DNA from: Escherichia coli
GTDB lineage: Bacteria; Pseudomonadota; Gammaproteobacteria; Enterobacterales; Enterobacteriaceae
DNA length: 64,000 nucleotides
Direction: 5' to 3' (one strand)
Assembly (NCBI RefSeq): GCF_002854065.1
Contig: NZ_CP024147.1
The notes under the pieces were generated by a model. It was not told the DNA's origin. It did not search any database and worked only from the letters and a program-made list of their open reading frames with translations. Positions 60,102-64,000 of this stretch are shown piece by piece (the first letter of the stretch is position 1; each line of letters begins with the position of its first letter). Position numbers and translations under genes: made by a program.

Positions 60102-61466
60102 TTACTTACCAATACAGAAGCTGGAGAAAATCCGCCCCAGCAGGTCGTCAGAGGTAAATTCCCCGGTGATTTCGCTTAAGTTCTGCTGCGCCAGGCGCAA
60201 CTCTTCCGCCAGTAGTTCGCCTGCCCAGGCACCTAACAGTTGCGCTTTACCTTGCTGCAAATGCTCCGCTGCCTGTTCCAGCGCCTGTAGGTGGCGACGG
60301 CGCGCCAGGAAGCCGCCTTCCATGTTGGTGTCAAAGCCCATGCTCTGTTTGAGATGGTTACGCAGCACGTCCACGCCTTCGCCAGTCCTTGCAGACAGAC
60401 GAATTAACGCGTGACCGTTCACTTCACTTATTCCCAGCGTTTCGCCGGTGATATCGGCTTTATTGCGCACCACGGTGATCGGCAGTTTCGCGGGCAGACG
60501 GGCGATAAATTCCGGCCAGATCTCTGCCGGATCAACGGCGTCTGTCGTGGTGCCATCGACCATAAACAGCACGCGGTCGGCCTGTTCAATTTCCTGCCAC
60601 GCGCGCTCGATCCCAATACGTTCAACTTCGTCACTGGCTTCACGTAGCCCGGCGGTATCGATGATATGCAGCGGCATCCCGTCAATGTGGATATGCTCAC
60701 GCAGCACGTCACGCGTGGTTCCGGCGATATCAGTCACGATTGCTGCTTCACGGCCCGCCAGCGCGTTTAACAGGCTAGATTTACCGGCGTTAGGACGTCC
60801 GGCAATCACCACTTTCATCCCTTCGCGCAACAAACTACCCTGACGTGCTTCGGCACGCACTGCATCAAGATCGGCAATCACGTCATTGAGCTGAGCTTCA
60901 ATTTTGCCGTCGGAGAGGAAATCGATCTCTTCATCAGGGAAATCAATTGCCGCTTCGACGTAAATGCGCAAGTGGGTGAGGGCTTCCACCAGATGGTTGA
61001 CCCGTGCGGAGAATGCGCCTTGCAGCGAGTTAAGTGCCGAACGGGCTGCCTGTTCCGAACTGGCATCGATAAGATCGGCAATCGCCTCGGCCTGGGCTAA
61101 GTCGAGTTTATCGTTAAGAAACGCGCGTTCGGAAAACTCACCCGGGCGAGCAATCCGCAGGCCGGGAATGGTCAGAATGCGTTTTAACAGCAGGTCGAGG
61201 ATCACCGGACCGCCATGACCCTGCAGTTCCAGCACATCTTCGCCGGTGAACGAGTTCGGGCCAGGGAACCATAGCGCAATCCCCTGATCGAGCACGCTGC
61301 CGTCTGCGTCTTTAAATGGCAAATAATCGGCGTAGCGCGGCTTAGGCAGTTTACCCAGCACGGTTTCAGCAACTTCTCGGGCTTTGAGGCCGGAGATGCG
61401 CAGGATGCCCACACCACCGCGTCCCGGTGGGGTTGCCTGGGCGACGATAGTGTCGTTATGGCTCAT
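60102..61466 (-). CDS. mnmE: tRNA modification GTPase MnmE
   Basis: ORF track 60102..61466 (454 aa); G-domain motifs GRPNAGKSS and DTAG; C-terminal ...FCIGK. Confidence 0.96.
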   Translation of the reverse strand: MSHNDTIVAQATPPGRGGVGILRISGLKAREVAETVLGKLPKPRYADYLPFKDADGSVLDQGIALWFPGPNSFTGEDVLELQGHGGPVILDLLLKRILTIPGLRIARPGEFSERAFLNDKLDLAQAEAIADLIDASSEQAARSALNSLQGAFSARVNHLVEALTHLRIYVEAAIDFPDEEIDFLSDGKIEAQLNDVIADLDAVRAEARQGSLLREGMKVVIAGRPNAGKSSLLNALAGREAAIVTDIAGTTRDVLREHIHIDGMPLHIIDTAGLREASDEVERIGIERAWQEIEQADRVLFMVDGTTTDAVDPAEIWPEFIARLPAKLPITVVRNKADITGETLGISEVNGHALIRLSARTGEGVDVLRNHLKQSMGFDTNMEGGFLARRRHLQALEQAAEHLQQGKAQLLGAWAGELLAEELRLAQQNLSEITGEFTSDDLLGRIFSSFCIGK

Positions 61467-61484
61467 GGTTTATCTCATCAATAC

Positions 61485-61514
61485 AAATAAAAAAGGCGGT
61501 CAACTGACCGCCCT
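61485..61514 (-). terminator. Intrinsic terminator downstream of yidC
   Basis: On the minus strand gggcggtcagttgaccgcc hairpin followed by tttttt. Confidence 0.55.
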
Positions 61515-61537
61515 TATTTTAGCGAAAACTCACCGAA

Positions 61538-63184
61538 TCAGGATTTTTTCTTCTCGCGGCTATGCAGGCCACGTTTTTCCAGACCACGGTAAATCAGCTG
61601 CTGCTGGATAATGGTTACCAGGTTGCTGACGATATAGTACAGCACCAGACCTGACGGGAACCACAGGAAGAACACGGTGAAGATGACCGGCATAAAGGTC
61701 ATGATCTTCTGCTGCATCGGGTCGGTCACTGTGGTCGGCGACATCTTCTGAATGAAGAACATCGTTACGCCCATCAGGATCGGCAGGATGTAGTACGGGT
61801 CCTGTGCCGAGAGGTCGTGGATCCACAGTGCAAACGGTGCCTGACGCAGTTCAACGGAACCCATCAGCATGTAGTACAACGCCAGGAAGATTGGCATCTG
61901 GATCAGCAGCGGGAAGCAGCCGCCCAGCGGGTTAACCTTCTCAGCTTTGTACAGCGCCATCATTTCCTGGCTGATACGCTGTTTGTCATCGCCCAGACGC
62001 TCACGCATCGCCTGAATCTTCGGCTGCAGCATACGCATCTTCGCCATGGAGGTGTACTGCGCTTTGGTCAGCGGGTACATGATGCCACGAACGATAAAGG
62101 TGATGATGATAATGGAGAAGCCCCAGTTACCCACAAAGCTATGGATCCATTTCAGCAGTTTGAACAGCGGTTGAGAGATGAACCACAACCAACCGTAATC
62201 AACGGTCAGATCCAGGTGCGGAGCAACAGCTGCCATTTTGTCCTGGATTTCCGGGCCAACCCACAGGGTGCTGTTCATCGCGCCAGTCTGACCAGGCTGA
62301 ACCAGTACCGGCTGAGATTTATAGCCGATAGCGGCGATGCCGTTACCCAGATTAGCGGTATAGAAGTTGTTGGTACCGTCGTTATGCGGGATCCACGCCG
62401 TCGCGAAATACTGTTGCAGCATTGCCACCCAACCACCTTTCGAAGAGATGTTCAGGTTTTCGTTATCGGCAATGGTATCGAACTTGTATTTCTCGTACTT
62501 CTCGTCAGGCGTAGAGTACGCCGCGCCACGGAAGGTGTGCAGTGCGAAGTTGCTGCTTCCGGTATCGAGATGCGGTGGCAGAGTGATGGATTGCTTCAAC
62601 TGACCAAATGAGGAGATTTCCAGCGGTTTCTCGCCAGCATTCTGCACGTTGTAGTTGACGTTGACAGCGTAATCACCACGTTTCAGGACAAACGTTTTGG
62701 TAAACGTGTTGCCTGCCGCGTCGGTATACGTCATCGGCACCTGCAGTTCGTTTTGACCTTCAGCCAGCACATAAGCGTCTTTTTCAACGTTATACAGCGG
62801 ACGCGGGCCGTTAGCCGGGTTATCCGGGCCATCACGACCGGTCAGACCGCTCTGTGCCTGATAAATAAACTGCGGTGAAGTTTCCAGCAGCTGGAACGGC
62901 TGGGTAGAGTTCAGCTCTTTCGGGTAAGCAGGCAGCAGAGCTTGCTCAACATCACCACCACGGGTGTTGATGGTCAGATCAAGCACGTCGGTCTTAACCG
63001 AGATCAGTTTCCCCTGGCCACTGGCCGGTACGCCCTGGTCGGCGGCGCTACCCGCTGCGGTGGTCGTTGTCTGCGTGGTCTGTTGGGCCTGAGGTTGCGG
63101 GTTTTTATCCTGCTCCCAGGCTTGCCAGATCATGAAAGACACGAACAGCAAAGCGATGACTAAAAGATTGCGTTGCGAATCCAT
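61538..63184 (-). CDS. yidC: Membrane protein insertase YidC
   Basis: ORF track 61538..63184 (548 aa); [26 protein letters not shown]. Confidence 0.96.
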
Positions 63185-63186
63185 CG

Positions 63187-63444
63187 TTAGTGTTCTCTGG
63201 TATCAAATGGTCCGGGCGGGACGGGATCGTCACCACCAGGGTGTAAAGGGTGGCATTTTAATACGCGTTTCACCGTCAACCAACTGCCTTTTATCACTCC
63301 AAACCTGCGCAATGCCTCAATTCCGTAGCTTGAACAGGTTGGAGTGAAACGACAATGCGGCCCGAGTAGCGGACTAATCAGGCGTTGATAGACCCGAATG
63401 AGGGCTATCAGGACCCGCGAGCCAGGCGACAGTGGCGGCGCCAT
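63187..63444 (-). CDS. yidD: Membrane protein insertion efficiency factor
   Basis: ORF track 63187..63444 (85 aa); overlaps the rnpA 3' end. Confidence 0.93.
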
Positions 63445-63767
63445 AATTTTTCCAACGCTTCCGAGAGAGCACGGTTATCGAGGTCGGCAACCCCTTTTTT
63501 CGCCACCACCACGAAATCCATAGCCGGGAGTTCATGTTGGCGCAGACGGAAGCTTTCACGCGTCAGACGTTTAATCCGATTGCGTTCATGGGCGCGTCGA
63601 ACGTTTTTCTTGGCGACTGTAAGACCGATACGGGGATGCCCCAGCGAATTCAGGCGGCCGAGAATGGTAATTTGCGGCGTGCCAGCCCGTTGTGGCTGCT
63701 GGAAGACGAATGTGAATTGACTGGGAGTTAACAAGCGTAACTCCCTGGGAAATGCGAGCTTAACCAC
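63408..63767 (-). CDS. rnpA: RNase P protein component
   Basis: ORF track 63408..63767 (119 aa); [26 protein letters not shown]. Confidence 0.95.
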
Positions 63768-63783
63768 TCAGGGGTTAGCTTTA

Positions 63784-63936
<153 letters not shown>

Positions 63937-64000
63937 CTAAACTTGAATAAATTCAATGGCTTTATTGGATATCCGCCGAAAAATGAAACGATGGACACCG

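Overview
This 64-kb window reads as a contiguous Escherichia coli/Shigella-type chromosomal segment. I identified it by recognising the translated ORFs and their order from memory; no database search was run. It does not contain a novel system that I can support: every sizeable ORF is assignable, and I saw no CRISPR array, prophage, integrase or defence cassette. Two structural features are worth follow-up. First, a complete IS1 (59326..60093) sits at a rearrangement junction: nlpA is truncated on one side, the mnmE stop is 8 bp from the other, and there is no target-site duplication. The mnmE-yidC-yidD-rnpA-rpmH block beyond it is inverted relative to the K-12 order as I recall it. Second, the LPS core (waa) locus has the R3-type gene organisation rather than the K-12 type, and its waaL-to-outer-core part is visibly AT-rich. 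Gene order left to right: lldP-lldR-lldD, trmL, cysE-gpsA-secB-grxC-yibN (minus), gpmM-envC-yibQ, waaH, tdh-kbl, htrL, hldD-waaF-waaC-waaL, seven minus-strand core genes ending in waaQ, waaA-coaD, mutM-rpmG-rpmB-yicR (minus), coaBC-dut-slmA, pyrE-rph (minus), yicC, dinD, yicG, ligB, gmk-rpoZ-spoT-trmH-recG, gltS, xanP, yicH, yicI-yicJ, selC (tRNA-Sec, no island inserted), setC, yicL, nlpA fragment, IS1, mnmE-yidC-yidD-rnpA-rpmH (minus). Smaller observations include the RfaH ops element in the waaQ leader, the pyrE attenuator with a full-length rph, a LexA box at dinD, a PurR-box-like palindrome upstream of xanP, and a palindromic repeat cluster between lldD and trmL. GC content and exact family assignments were judged by eye and recall, not computed.
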